Shown here piece by piece: positions 45,569 through 55,322 of a stretch of DNA of 64,000 bases. Both the position numbers and the translations under genes were made by a program. The stretch lies in NCBI GenBank assembly GCA_905197955.1, contig CAJKAR010000014.1:15465-79464 (forward strand), given 5' to 3'. The first letter of the stretch is position 1. Every line of letters starts with the position of its first letter. This DNA comes from an uncultured Lentisphaeria bacterium (lineage in GTDB: Bacteria; Verrucomicrobiota; Lentisphaeria; Victivallales; UBA1829). The notes beneath the pieces are model-generated. The model saw only the letters and a list, made by a program, of their open reading frames with translations, was not told the DNA's origin and did not search any database.

Positions 45569-46480
45569 ATGAAAATCATTTCAACACTTCTCGGATTGGG
45601 ACTCTCCCTGCTGCCGATGCTGCTTCCGGGGGCGGAGGGGAAAGAAGGGCCGCTGGTTCGGTTCGGCATTGTCAGCGATGTGCACTATGCCGCCTATCAG
45701 TCGCCGCAGAAACATCCCAATTACCGGGCCTCTTTGCAGAAGATGCAGGAGTTCGTAAAAAACATGAATCGGGAAAAGGTTAACTTTGTGGTGGAACTCG
45801 GCGATTACGTCGGTCGCGGTGGGCCCAGTCGGGAGATGGTGCTGGAGTGGCTCAGAACGGTCGAAGCCGAATACGGCCGGTTTCAGGGGCCCCGCTATCA
45901 CGTCCTGGGAAACCACGACATGGCTCCGCTGGATAAGGAGACTTATCTGAATCAGGTGGAAAATACCGGGATACCCTATGGGCTCAGTTATTATCACTTT
46001 TACTTCGGGGGGATTCAGTTCATTGTGCTTGATACCGACTACCGCAGAGACGGCACCTCCTACGGCGACGGCCGTCCCTGGAAAGAGACCTTCATCCCCG
46101 CGGAACAGCTTTCCTGGCTGAAACGCACTCTGGCATCCCATTCCGGCAAGAGCATTGTCTTCATGCACCAGCCGCTCTACGATGATGGCGCCGACGGAAA
46201 TGTCGAAAACAGCCGCGAGGTCAGAAAAGTCCTTGAAGAATCCGGAAAAGTTCTCGCAGTCATCAACGGTCATTATCACGAAGGCGTCGGGAAACGGATC
46301 AATGGCATTTACTACTACAATATGAGATCCATGCTGAATGTTCCGTCGGAAAATTCCTATGCCCTCATGGAGGTCCTGCCGGATTACAGCATCCGGATCC
46401 GCGGTTACGGGAAAATCCGCAGCGGCGTGCTCTCCCCGGATGTCGCAACCCCGGACAAAAACGCTCTTTCCCGGAAGTGA
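45569..46480 (+). CDS. Secreted metallophosphoesterase (calcineurin-like)
   Basis: Signal peptide; motifs GIVSDVHY, ELGDYVGRG, LGNHD, FMHQPL and INGHYH. Confidence 0.8.
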   Translation: MKIISTLLGLGLSLLPMLLPGAEGKEGPLVRFGIVSDVHYAAYQSPQKHPNYRASLQKMQEFVKNMNREKVNFVVELGDYVGRGGPSREMVLEWLRTVEAEYGRFQGPRYHVLGNHDMAPLDKETYLNQVENTGIPYGLSYYHFYFGGIQFIVLDTDYRRDGTSYGDGRPWKETFIPAEQLSWLKRTLASHSGKSIVFMHQPLYDDGADGNVENSREVRKVLEESGKVLAVINGHYHEGVGKRINGIYYYNMRSMLNVPSENSYALMEVLPDYSIRIRGYGKIRSGVLSPDVATPDKNALSRK

Positions 46481-46506
46481 ATTCCGATGCGTTTTTCAAG
46501 GAAAAG

Positions 46507-46535
46507 TTGATTTTTAAGCAATAAAAGATTATAAT
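46507..46535 (+). promoter_or_regulatory. Candidate sigma70 promoter of the LacI-family gene
   Basis: TTGATT (46507-46512), 17 nt, TATAAT (46530-46535). Confidence 0.5.
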
Positions 46536-46613
46536 AAGAAATACGAGGAGCGGCGCGGAGTGAGATTTCTTCTCTGCGCGGCATGTCAGATGATGAGCAA
46601 ATTCAGCAACGGA

Positions 46614-47591
46614 ATGACTATGGCAACCACATTACGGGATATCGCGGAACACTGCGGAGTTGCGATTTCCACGGTTTCCCGTGCTCTGCGGAATGACGAA
46701 CTGGTGACCTCCAGCACGCGTCAGCGCATTACGGAAGCTGCCCGCCGAATGGGATATGAGCCCAATGTTGCGGCACGGACCCTGGTGGGCAGTCGGACAA
46801 ACACGGTCTGGTTTCTGGTCAGCGATCTGATGAATCTTTATCAGCAGACGATCGGAGAATACAGCAGCCGCTTTCTGGCTGCGAACGGATTCGATGTTTC
46901 CGTGGTTTCCTACCATAATTCGCCGGAGCGGTATGTAAAACTGCTTCAGCGTCTCTGCTGCGGAGTCACCGACGGCGCCATTGTTGTTTCCGCTTCCCAT
47001 CAGGGGGAAAAAGAGCTTCGGCTTCTGGAAGAGAAAAATTTTCCTCTGGTTTTTGCGGACCGCTGCCTGGAAACCGCCTCTCAGCCGACCGTGACCACGG
47101 ATAATATCCACGGAACCGGTATTCTGCTGGAGAAAATGCTTCAGCAGGGATGCCGGAAGTTTGTTCTCCTCTTTACCGACCGGAACAGTGTGGAGCGGAC
47201 GCGCCTGCGCGGAGCTGTGGAGTATCTCGGACGCCTTGGGGTGCCGTTCATTCTCGGTGACCGGTTCGATCCATCGTTCTTTGGTGAAAAAGAGGGGATC
47301 GGAATTCTGGGAACCTGGCAGTCTGATCTGCAAAAATTTGTCCGGAGGAATCCGCCGCCGGAATCCTGTTCCTGCATCTATGGCGTATTCGACACATGGT
47401 TCGGAGATCCTTATCCTGCGCGCCAGGTGTTTGTGTGCAAACAGGATTTCAAGAAAATTGCAGAACAGTCGGCCGATCTGCTGCTGAAGCTTCTGAGAGG
47501 CGAGACGGTTCCGGATTCTCTGTATCTGGTTCCGCCTCTGGAATGCCAGTTGCTCCACTCCTCGTTTCAGTCTGTCAAGGAGCAGAAATGA
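46614..47591 (+). CDS. LacI-family transcriptional regulator
   Basis: MTMATTLRDIAEHCGVAISTVSRALRN is a LacI HTH, followed by a PBP-type effector domain. The start is ATG 46614 or 46620 rather than the track's GTG 46560. Confidence 0.85.
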   Translation: MTMATTLRDIAEHCGVAISTVSRALRNDELVTSSTRQRITEAARRMGYEPNVAARTLVGSRTNTVWFLVSDLMNLYQQTIGEYSSRFLAANGFDVSVVSYHNSPERYVKLLQRLCCGVTDGAIVVSASHQGEKELRLLEEKNFPLVFADRCLETASQPTVTTDNIHGTGILLEKMLQQGCRKFVLLFTDRNSVERTRLRGAVEYLGRLGVPFILGDRFDPSFFGEKEGIGILGTWQSDLQKFVRRNPPPESCSCIYGVFDTWFGDPYPARQVFVCKQDFKKIAEQSADLLLKLLRGETVPDSLYLVPPLECQLLHSSFQSVKEQK

Positions 47592-48523
47592 TTCTTTCCG
47601 ATTCTACCCCGTCGGATTCCGTTTGCGATGGAGATCAGGCAGTCCGTAGCCAGCAGAAAACCACTTTGTTTCAGCTGGAGCTGGATTACCGGAACATCAA
47701 CTGCGGAATGTCTTATGTCATCCAGATGCGCAACGGAGAGTTTTTTCTCATCGACGGCGGCTATTTTACCGATGGCGAGGAAGAGCGGCTTTACCGTTTC
47801 CTTTCCGCCCGGGCTCCCGATGGAGATATCCGTATTGCCGGCTGGTTTTTCTCTCATGCGCATCAGGATCATATCGGGAACTTCATCAATTTCATCTCCC
47901 GGTACCGCGAGAGCGTAACGATCGGTTGTTTTCTGTACAGGATACAGCCGGTTGATTATTCCTGTATTCGCGGGGACTGGAAGAGCTGCGATGAGGCTAC
48001 GGTCAGGGAATTCCATCGCATTCTGGATGGTTATGTGCCCGATGTCCCGCGGAAAATTCTGAAGACCGGAGATCGGTTTTCCTTTCATGAACTGGAGTTC
48101 GAAGTTCTGTTCACTTATCCGGACCTCCGGTCGGGAGGAGCAACTTTCAACGATCATTCCACGATTTTGAGAATGACGATCGAAGGGCAGCGGATTCTCT
48201 GGCTGGGCGATATTGGGACTGCGGGCAGCAGAAGTCTGCTGCGTCTGCCGGAGGAGAAACTCCGTTGTGATATTGTGCAGGTAGCTCATCATGGCTACAA
48301 CGGGGCCTCTCTCGAACTATACAGAAAATTGAATGCCAGTGTTGCATTGTGGCCGACTCCCTCTTACAGTATGTCTGCCAACGCAAATTCACCTGTCAAC
48401 GATTTTCTGCTGAACGGTTCCGGCATTCGGGAGCACATCGTCGGCGGCGAGGGAACGGTGGAAATGACATTGCCGTATGTACCCTGTACGGCCCGCCGTG
48501 AGCTCCCGCAGTTTGTTTCCTGA
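47588..48523 (+). CDS. MBL-fold metallo-hydrolase (ComEC-C-terminal-like)
   Basis: HAHQDH (HxHxDH) and VAHHGYNG. The ATG overlaps the LacI stop (ATGA); the track ORF's 5' extension was rejected. Confidence 0.75.
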   Translation: MILSDSTPSDSVCDGDQAVRSQQKTTLFQLELDYRNINCGMSYVIQMRNGEFFLIDGGYFTDGEEERLYRFLSARAPDGDIRIAGWFFSHAHQDHIGNFINFISRYRESVTIGCFLYRIQPVDYSCIRGDWKSCDEATVREFHRILDGYVPDVPRKILKTGDRFSFHELEFEVLFTYPDLRSGGATFNDHSTILRMTIEGQRILWLGDIGTAGSRSLLRLPEEKLRCDIVQVAHHGYNGASLELYRKLNASVALWPTPSYSMSANANSPVNDFLLNGSGIREHIVGGEGTVEMTLPYVPCTARRELPQFVS

Positions 48524-48723
48524 TCCGGCAGACAAGGGATAAACGGGAAAAATACCGGGTCTTCTGTTTGCTTGCAGTTCCTCTTCCGTTTGGAATTCTG
48601 CTTGGGAAAAGACCCGGAGACATGACGGATCCATGACCCATTGGAGCCGATTTGTGCCGTTCGGGGAAAGGGTCCTCCGGAGAGACGGTCCCACTCCGGA
48701 GATTTTCCTGCTGTTTCGGAATG

Positions 48724-51612
48724 CTATTTTGCCGGAGCCAGCATCAGCAGTGGCGATTCCCGAGTCATCCGTTCCGCGGGATGGGTGCCTTCCTTTCCCA
48801 TGAAGGAGAGCTGGGATTCGCGGATTCCTGCATCGTTGTCATTCGCGAGGAGATTGAAATAGACGCCTTTTTGCCGCAGCTCCTCCAGGCTGCTTCCAAA
48901 CAGGGAAAGCGGGAGAAGCAGATGAAAATAATGTGCGTTTTTCGATTGTCTGCCGTGGACACGAATTCCATTCAGAGCTTTTGCAAGATCCATTCCATCC
49001 GGACCCTTCCAGATGTGTTTCAGGAATTTTCCGTCTTCTGTCATGGCAATTCCGAGTTCCCAGTAGTCTTTCTGTCCGGGGAACTGGAGCACGAGTTGAA
49101 TCGAATCGCCTTTCCAGAGTTCTTCCGCGGAAAAATGCTGAACATGGATATCATCGTATAAGCTGATCTGGAAGTGGAGGAGATCTCTGCCAGCCGTTGC
49201 CCCGAAATCGACGGCACAGTCTCTGGAATCATTCCAGAAGAGTTTTCCGTATTCCGGCGTATCCGGGAGCATGCGTCTCACCTGAGAAATGTGACGGAGA
49301 CTTCCGATTCGGGTCATTTTCCCGTATTGGATATAGTAAATCCGGCTGAGAGGAAACTCAATCGGTTCGCCTACTTTCACGCCGTTCTGAAGAATCCGGA
49401 CCTTGAACGTGCTCGACTGCTCCGGACGGAATTCTCTGGAAGCCTGGATCGGAATGCGGAATTCTCCGTTTTTTCCTTTGATTGCCGGCGAAGCGGAAAG
49501 GTGTTTTCCGGGAATAGCTTCCAGAACAACGTTTCCGGATAATTCGCAATGGAAGACGAATTCTTTTTTCTCTCCTGGTCTGATCCGCAGCGGTTCTGTC
49601 GCCGCCAGCACTTCCCGCGGAGCTTTCAGTGCGGCATTGGCCGGAGAAAGACGAAGGGTCTGTCCATTCGAGTCGAGGAGAATCCGGAAGCGTCCCTCTT
49701 CCGGGTGGATTTTTGTGACATTTCCGAAAAGGTCGATCAGTTCAATGCTTTCTGCATTGCTTTCAAACTGTACAAGTGTTTTCTGCTGATCTCTTTTTTC
49801 CAGCCATACGGCGTAAAGTGCGGAATCCGGCGATTCAAATCGCGCGGCAAAACAGTTTTTCCACGACGATTCCTGACGGAGAAAGACGGCATTTCCATAC
49901 AAAGCGGAAAGCATGTGGAAGGTCACGAATCCCGCCCGTGGATTCAGATCGTGCTCCAGCAGGCCGAAGTTGTGTTCTCTGTTCCCTGGATCAAAACCGC
50001 AGTTGCGCAGATTGTACCAGTGGAACAGTTTCAATCCGGCAACCCGGCTGCGGATCACTTTTTGAAAGAGTGTGACAAGCTGTTGATGGTCATTGGTGGT
50101 TCCTTCTCCGGTTTCCTCGGTGCAGAGCGGCTGTTTCAGTTTTTGCGAGTCCAGAAACCGGCGCATGTTAGCAAGATTTTCCGTAATTCTGCTGGTGGGC
50201 ATATAGAGATGAGTGGAAATGAGATCGGCGGATTCCGGAGCCGTTTTTCCCATTTGTTCGAGGACCTCCCGGCTGTATGGTGTAAACAGATGAGAGAATC
50301 CGCCGGCGATGACCGTATAATCCGGATTGACGGATTTCAGAATCCGGTATGCACTCGTCTGCAGTTTCAGGTATTCTTCCGGAGCAAAATCGGAGAAGTG
50401 AGCGATATCCGGTTCATTCCAGACACAGAATTTGCTGATTTTCCCATTGTAGTGCGATGCAAAGCGGCGAATCCATTCTTCAAACAGTTCCAGTTTCGGC
50501 AGATGCAGAGCCGCCTTTGAGTTCGTCCGATGATATCCTGTTGCTTCCGCATATTTCGGCGTTGCTCCGAGCAGGGCAAGAACGCCGATTCCTCTGGCGT
50601 TCAACTGATTGACCAGCCAGTCGGTCCGCTGAAAATCCCAGATATCGCGCTTCGGATTGATCTGGGGCCAGAGCCAGCTCAGACGGATCTCCTCCGCTCC
50701 GCAGAACGAGAGATATTCCAGCATTTTTTCAAGATCGCTTCTGCTGTATCTCTGAAAATGTTCGCAGAACCCGAGTGGAAACCGTTTTCCTGCGGACTTC
50801 TCTTTCCGCTGGAAGGTTCTGATGACGGCCATCCGTTCCCGGTAGGCACGAGTTTTGCCTTCTTCTGTGATGATGCAGCGGAGGGTGTAGACATCCTGAA
50901 GTTCCGGCCGCTTCAACGGAAAACACTTCTTCTCTCCGGGGCCGAGAACAAGATGCATTTTTCCGGACCCCGTCTCTTTTCCCGCACTGTTTGTGAGGCT
51001 GTAGGCGAGCGAAAGTTCTGCTCGTTTTCCGCCGTGGTTTTTGACTTCCAGTTCCGGAATTGTTTTCCGGTTCAGGTCCAGAACCGGAATCCGATGCCCT
51101 GTTTTCAGTCCGGGCATGACTCCGTGTTCAAAAAAGTTGAGGGAATGAAGATTCAGCGTTGATTTTTCTCCTTGTATTTCCAGCATCATGACTCGGAGCG
51201 GCTGTTCCGGGATTGCCTGTTCCGCTTTTCTATTCCGGATGCCGGGATATGCCTGCGCGGAATCAATGATGGCCGAAATGCGGATACGTCCGTTCTCTCT
51301 GGAGGACTCTTTCAGGAGGAATCGGAAAGAACGTCCGTTCCGGTCATGGATCACTGCGGAAAACGCAGGCACTTTGCTATAAGGAGTAATTCCACTGATG
51401 TCCAATCCTATTTCCCCTTTATGAAACTGTGGCAGAAATATCCCGCATGAAGGGAAGCGGATTTGTTCCTTTTTCTGGGATTTCAGCTGGATTTTCCCGT
51501 TGCGGACGTGCGTGATCGTTTCCAGCGGGTCGGAAAAATCGACCAGGGGCTGCCCCTGGCAGAAGAGCGTGAAGGTCAGAAGAAGAGTAAGCAGAATGTT
51601 CTGTCTGCACAT
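48724..51612 (-). CDS. Large secreted glycoside-hydrolase-like protein (GH-A TIM barrel) with C-terminal CBM9/DOMON-like domain; paralogue of 28602..31556
   Basis: Signal peptide MCRQNILLTLLLTFTLFCQG; FCVWNEPDIAHF; the C-terminal ...WKGDSIQLVLQFP...FNLLANDNDAGIRES. Confidence 0.65.
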   Translation of the reverse strand: MCRQNILLTLLLTFTLFCQGQPLVDFSDPLETITHVRNGKIQLKSQKKEQIRFPSCGIFLPQFHKGEIGLDISGITPYSKVPAFSAVIHDRNGRSFRFLLKESSRENGRIRISAIIDSAQAYPGIRNRKAEQAIPEQPLRVMMLEIQGEKSTLNLHSLNFFEHGVMPGLKTGHRIPVLDLNRKTIPELEVKNHGGKRAELSLAYSLTNSAGKETGSGKMHLVLGPGEKKCFPLKRPELQDVYTLRCIITEEGKTRAYRERMAVIRTFQRKEKSAGKRFPLGFCEHFQRYSRSDLEKMLEYLSFCGAEEIRLSWLWPQINPKRDIWDFQRTDWLVNQLNARGIGVLALLGATPKYAEATGYHRTNSKAALHLPKLELFEEWIRRFASHYNGKISKFCVWNEPDIAHFSDFAPEEYLKLQTSAYRILKSVNPDYTVIAGGFSHLFTPYSREVLEQMGKTAPESADLISTHLYMPTSRITENLANMRRFLDSQKLKQPLCTEETGEGTTNDHQQLVTLFQKVIRSRVAGLKLFHWYNLRNCGFDPGNREHNFGLLEHDLNPRAGFVTFHMLSALYGNAVFLRQESSWKNCFAARFESPDSALYAVWLEKRDQQKTLVQFESNAESIELIDLFGNVTKIHPEEGRFRILLDSNGQTLRLSPANAALKAPREVLAATEPLRIRPGEKKEFVFHCELSGNVVLEAIPGKHLSASPAIKGKNGEFRIPIQASREFRPEQSSTFKVRILQNGVKVGEPIEFPLSRIYYIQYGKMTRIGSLRHISQVRRMLPDTPEYGKLFWNDSRDCAVDFGATAGRDLLHFQISLYDDIHVQHFSAEELWKGDSIQLVLQFPGQKDYWELGIAMTEDGKFLKHIWKGPDGMDLAKALNGIRVHGRQSKNAHYFHLLLPLSLFGSSLEELRQKGVYFNLLANDNDAGIRESQLSFMGKEGTHPAERMTRESPLLMLAPAK

Positions 51613-51635
51613 GATGACGTGTGTCTCCTTGAAAA

Positions 51636-52391
51636 TTAGAATGGATTGATCTTATCCAGACTTTCTGAAACCAGAAAGAGCAGGCGGGTGGGCCAGGGAT
51701 AGAGCTGACTCCGGTTCAGCGCACTGACATGGCCGTCGAGAAATGCGATGCTGGCACAGTTCATGTGCCCGAGAAAAATACCGGCGGTTCCGCTTTCCGC
51801 AAAGTTGGAAAGTTCAAACTGATAACATCCGATTCCCTGGTATGTGCTGGCTTTGGAAAAAACGGTATCGGCAAGAACCGCCAGCTTGCCGGGTTGTTTT
51901 ACCTGTTTTGTCGTGAATCCCCAGCAGACATCCGGGAGATTGAAGTAGAAATTGTTTCCGAAATAGGGTTCTCTTCCCGCTGCGTTTCTGTAATTGCCCA
52001 TGCCGTAGCAATAACGGTAGATTTCCGATTTTATATCGGTTCCTGTATAGGGCTTTGTGCTCGGACAGATGGCGTTTTTCCGGTCCAGATATTTGTCCTG
52101 CATGATTTTGACCCAGGAAGCTCCCTTTTTTTTGTCAAACAGAATAATCTGTCCATCGTTGTCGGCATCATAGAAGAGACAGCTCTGCATGGTTTGTCTC
52201 AATCCGGAAAGGCACTGTATTCCCACCCCCTTCTGACGGGCTTTATTCAGTGCCGGAAGCAGAAGTGCCGCAAGAATTGCAATAATTGCAATAACGACAA
52301 GAAGTTCTATTAATGTAAAATGACTGCCGGTGATTCCGCGCTGCTTCTCCTGCCTTTTGCGCTCTGAGATTGTTTTTGATGTGATCTGCAT
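51636..52391 (-). CDS. Prepilin-type N-terminal cleavage/methylation domain protein, H-X9-DG family
   Basis: [32 protein letters not shown]; the H-X9-DG motif is HMNCASIAFLDG. ATG 52391 (AGGAGG upstream) is preferred to 52484, which would overlap the LacI gene. Confidence 0.85.
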   Translation of the reverse strand: MQITSKTISERKRQEKQRGITGSHFTLIELLVVIAIIAILAALLLPALNKARQKGVGIQCLSGLRQTMQSCLFYDADNDGQIILFDKKKGASWVKIMQDKYLDRKNAICPSTKPYTGTDIKSEIYRYCYGMGNYRNAAGREPYFGNNFYFNLPDVCWGFTTKQVKQPGKLAVLADTVFSKASTYQGIGCYQFELSNFAESGTAGIFLGHMNCASIAFLDGHVSALNRSQLYPWPTRLLFLVSESLDKINPF

Positions 52392-52428
52392 AATGTTCCT
52401 CCTGTTGGAAATTTGAAAAGCAAATGGG

Positions 52429-53469
52429 TTAGATTCCGCATGTTTTGCCGGATGTTGTTTCTGAATCTGGCTTTGGCTGCGCATCTTTGATTTCGGATGG
52501 GAAAAGATAACGGGCCGGAGCTGTTTTATTTTCCGTCTTTCCGGTCAGGATATCCAGTACGGCTTCTCCCATTTTTTCGAACGCCTGAACAACGGTGCCG
52601 ACCGGATAGTAAAGTTGACGCGCCAGAGTATTGCCGAATCCGAAGATCCGGCAGGAATCGGGGATCCGGATTCCGAATCGCAGAGCGGTAATCAGAACCT
52701 GGGCGGCGCGGTTGTCGTCGAAACAGATGAATGCCGTCGGGCGTTCTTCTTCCGTGAGGTGGAACCAGGATTCCAGATCCGCAAAATGTTCCACGGGATC
52801 ATGATGAGCGGAGATCCAGTGAGAATTGAGTTTCAGTCCGAATTCCTGGAGGCCGGCGGCGACGCCGTTGCAGCGTTCGACACTGTAACGGATATCATCT
52901 TCCGGCTTGACGACTGCAATTCGGCGATGTCCTTCCGCGAAGAGTTTCCGGACGATTTCTCTTGTGGCCGCCTGGTCGTCGGAATAGACCAGCGGAAAAT
53001 CATTCCGGCAACTGTCCTCGATATAGCAGAGAGCGATGTCGCGTGCTTTGCAGAAGTTTCCAATTTCCTCCTGAAGAAGCGGTGAAAAGGCAAAACAGGC
53101 GGCATAGCGGATATTGTACTTGATAAGTTCCTGCTGAACAAGTTCCAGATTGGACAGATTGCAGATTCGGACATTATATCCATGCTGTGCCGTTGCATTC
53201 AGAAGTCCGAGCAGGATTTCATTTGCCGCTGCGCCCCGGACTGCACTGTGACTGAATTCCAGCAGCAATGCAATTGTTTTGGAAAGTCCGGTCCGGATTT
53301 CCGCTGCAGCCTCGTTCCGGCTGTAACCGGATTCGATGACCGCTTGAAGAATTTTTGCCCGTGTTTCCGGTCGCAGAGCTTTTGCATGAGCGTGGTTGTT
53401 CAAGACCTGAGAGACCGCCGCTGTGCTGACTCCAGCTTTTTTTGCAATATCTGCAAGCGTTATGCGCAT
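52429..53469 (-). CDS. LacI-family transcriptional regulator
   Basis: MRITLADIAKKAGVSTAAVSQVLNN is a LacI HTH, followed by a PBP effector domain. Confidence 0.88.
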   Translation of the reverse strand: MRITLADIAKKAGVSTAAVSQVLNNHAHAKALRPETRAKILQAVIESGYSRNEAAAEIRTGLSKTIALLLEFSHSAVRGAAANEILLGLLNATAQHGYNVRICNLSNLELVQQELIKYNIRYAACFAFSPLLQEEIGNFCKARDIALCYIEDSCRNDFPLVYSDDQAATREIVRKLFAEGHRRIAVVKPEDDIRYSVERCNGVAAGLQEFGLKLNSHWISAHHDPVEHFADLESWFHLTEEERPTAFICFDDNRAAQVLITALRFGIRIPDSCRIFGFGNTLARQLYYPVGTVVQAFEKMGEAVLDILTGKTENKTAPARYLFPSEIKDAQPKPDSETTSGKTCGI

Positions 53470-54839
53470 GAAGAGGTCCTTTCCTTTTTCCGGTGGTTCG
53501 GCAGATAAGCGCCGATCTTGAGCAGAGCATCCTGAAGTTCCGATACCGGCAGTTCGCGGGGAGAAATCTTCCGTTCCGCAGCAAGCGCCGCCGCCATTCC
53601 TGCCGCCTGACCGGTGATGAAGCAGCCCGCCTGAACACGGAGAGACCCATGCATTCCGCGATCCGTACTGACACAGCGTCCGGCGGAAAGAACATTGTCC
53701 ACTTTTTGCGGAAGCAGGATCCGATAGGGAATTCCATAACTTTCCCCGGGCGTTCGATAGTGATAATGTTCGAAGAGAGAGGTTCCGGGATCCGGCTCCG
53801 AATCCGCCGGCGGACGGGTCCCGTGCAGATCAATCGGATAAGCGTAACGTCCGATCTCATCCTCGAAAACGGCCCGGCGGACAAAATCTTCCACTCCGAG
53901 CACATAGTCTCCGAGAATCCTGCGGGATTCCCGGATTCCGAGGGTCAGAGAGGTCCAGAGCATGTGCGCGTTTTCACATCCTGGGACATAGTTCCGATAG
54001 TATCGTTCGTATTCCAGAGCAAGTTTTCTTCCCTGGATCATGCCGCGGGTGACGGTGCGTTCGTCCCGTGCATCGATTCCGTAGACATGGCCGACATTCC
54101 CCCAGCCGGAATCCGCCACCGTGTGAAGGATTCCGGGCAATCCCGTATCGCGTTCGGAAAAGACTCCATCGTGATAGGCCTGCTTCAATGCTTTTCCATC
54201 GGTCCAGATCTCCTTGCGTGACCAGTCGATTCCGGACCAGAGGGAGCAGAGTGTCGCCGCCTGAGCCAATCCCTCCTCATCGCCGAATTCCACGGGAGCT
54301 CCCGCCATGGCGGCAAGATCTCCATCGCCGGTGGCATCGATAAACACTCCGGCTTTGATTGCGAAAACTCCGCTTTTTGCCGCACAGATGGCATGTGTGA
54401 CCCGGTTCCCTTCCATCTGCAAATCAATCAGAGAGGTATGGAATGTGAAATCCATGCCGGATTCTGCCGCCATTTCATCGTACACCCGTTTCAGGGATTC
54501 CGGATTGTAAATGAATCCGCCGATCTCAGAAGGATGACTGCCGTAACGCATCTCCGGCCCCGCTCCCCCTGAACGGAAAAGACGATCATAAACTTCTCTG
54601 CCGAATCCTCCGGCAAGAAAATGAATTCCATCGGTGGGCCGGCAGATGAATGGAATTCCAGCCGAGGTTCCCATGCCGCCGAAACCTCCAAGAGTTTCAA
54701 CAAGAAATACTTTTGCTCCGGCTCGCGCCGCTGTGACGGCGGCGGCCATACCAGCCGGACCGCCGCCCGCGACAAAAACATCCACAGAATCGCGAATCGG
54801 AAGTTGTCGGGTGTAGTCAAGTTTTTCCTGCATAGTCAT
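53460..54839 (-). CDS. FAD-dependent oxidoreductase
   Basis: VDVFVAGGGPAGMAAAVTAARAGAKVFLVE is the GxGxxG dinucleotide fold; 459 aa. It overlaps the LacI start by 10 nt. Confidence 0.75.
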   Translation of the reverse strand: MTMQEKLDYTRQLPIRDSVDVFVAGGGPAGMAAAVTAARAGAKVFLVETLGGFGGMGTSAGIPFICRPTDGIHFLAGGFGREVYDRLFRSGGAGPEMRYGSHPSEIGGFIYNPESLKRVYDEMAAESGMDFTFHTSLIDLQMEGNRVTHAICAAKSGVFAIKAGVFIDATGDGDLAAMAGAPVEFGDEEGLAQAATLCSLWSGIDWSRKEIWTDGKALKQAYHDGVFSERDTGLPGILHTVADSGWGNVGHVYGIDARDERTVTRGMIQGRKLALEYERYYRNYVPGCENAHMLWTSLTLGIRESRRILGDYVLGVEDFVRRAVFEDEIGRYAYPIDLHGTRPPADSEPDPGTSLFEHYHYRTPGESYGIPYRILLPQKVDNVLSAGRCVSTDRGMHGSLRVQAGCFITGQAAGMAAALAAERKISPRELPVSELQDALLKIGAYLPNHRKKERTSSCA

Positions 54840-54887
54840 AAGCCTCTGGCGTTTTTTTGAGTTAGTAAATCGTTTTATTAAAATTTA

Positions 54888-54915
54888 ATTATACAATAAA
54901 ATCTTAAAAAGTCAA
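54888..54915 (-). promoter_or_regulatory. Candidate sigma70 promoter of the FAD-oxidoreductase/LacI/prepilin/GH operon
   Basis: The minus strand reads TTGACT (54915-54910), 16 nt, TATAAT (54893-54888), about 48 nt upstream of ATG 54839. Confidence 0.55.
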
Positions 54916-55123
54916 GAGGGTATATCGTTTTTTTCTTTGTCGGGCGAAGAAAAAGGCAACTATCAGAGAGGTGTTTTTCCTATTCCGGACCGGTGCGCTG
55001 TCTGGAAGGAAGTCCGTTTCCCGCAAAAAACAGCCAGTAACAGTTCCGAAAGAGTTCTTTGTAAAAAATCGAAAAAAATCTATTTTCAATGCAACTTTTT
55101 TTCCTTTGAAACGTTTTTATAGT

Positions 55124-55133
55124 GAAAATTTTC
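55124..55133. promoter_or_regulatory. 10-bp perfect palindrome GAAAATTTTC, copy 1 (candidate regulator site upstream of the RiPP operon)
   Basis: The identical palindrome recurs at 55171-55180; TGAAAATTTTC is shared (11 nt). Confidence 0.3.
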
Positions 55134-55170
55134 TTCCGGACAGAAAATACTCTGTCATGGGGAGGAAAAT

Positions 55171-55180
55171 GAAAATTTTC
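55171..55180. promoter_or_regulatory. 10-bp perfect palindrome GAAAATTTTC, copy 2
   Basis: See copy 1. The centres are 47 bp apart, 143-199 bp upstream of ATG 55323. Confidence 0.3.
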
Positions 55181-55322
55181 AAAGGGAAAACGTCTCTGCC
55201 AATGGTACAACTCCTTTTCTTGAAAAGAAAATTATCACTTGTTTTTCTTTTAAGAACAGGATATGTTACCGCCGCAGTCGCTGTGTGGAAAAGAAACTCA
55301 TAACACGAAAAAGGAGGACCCT

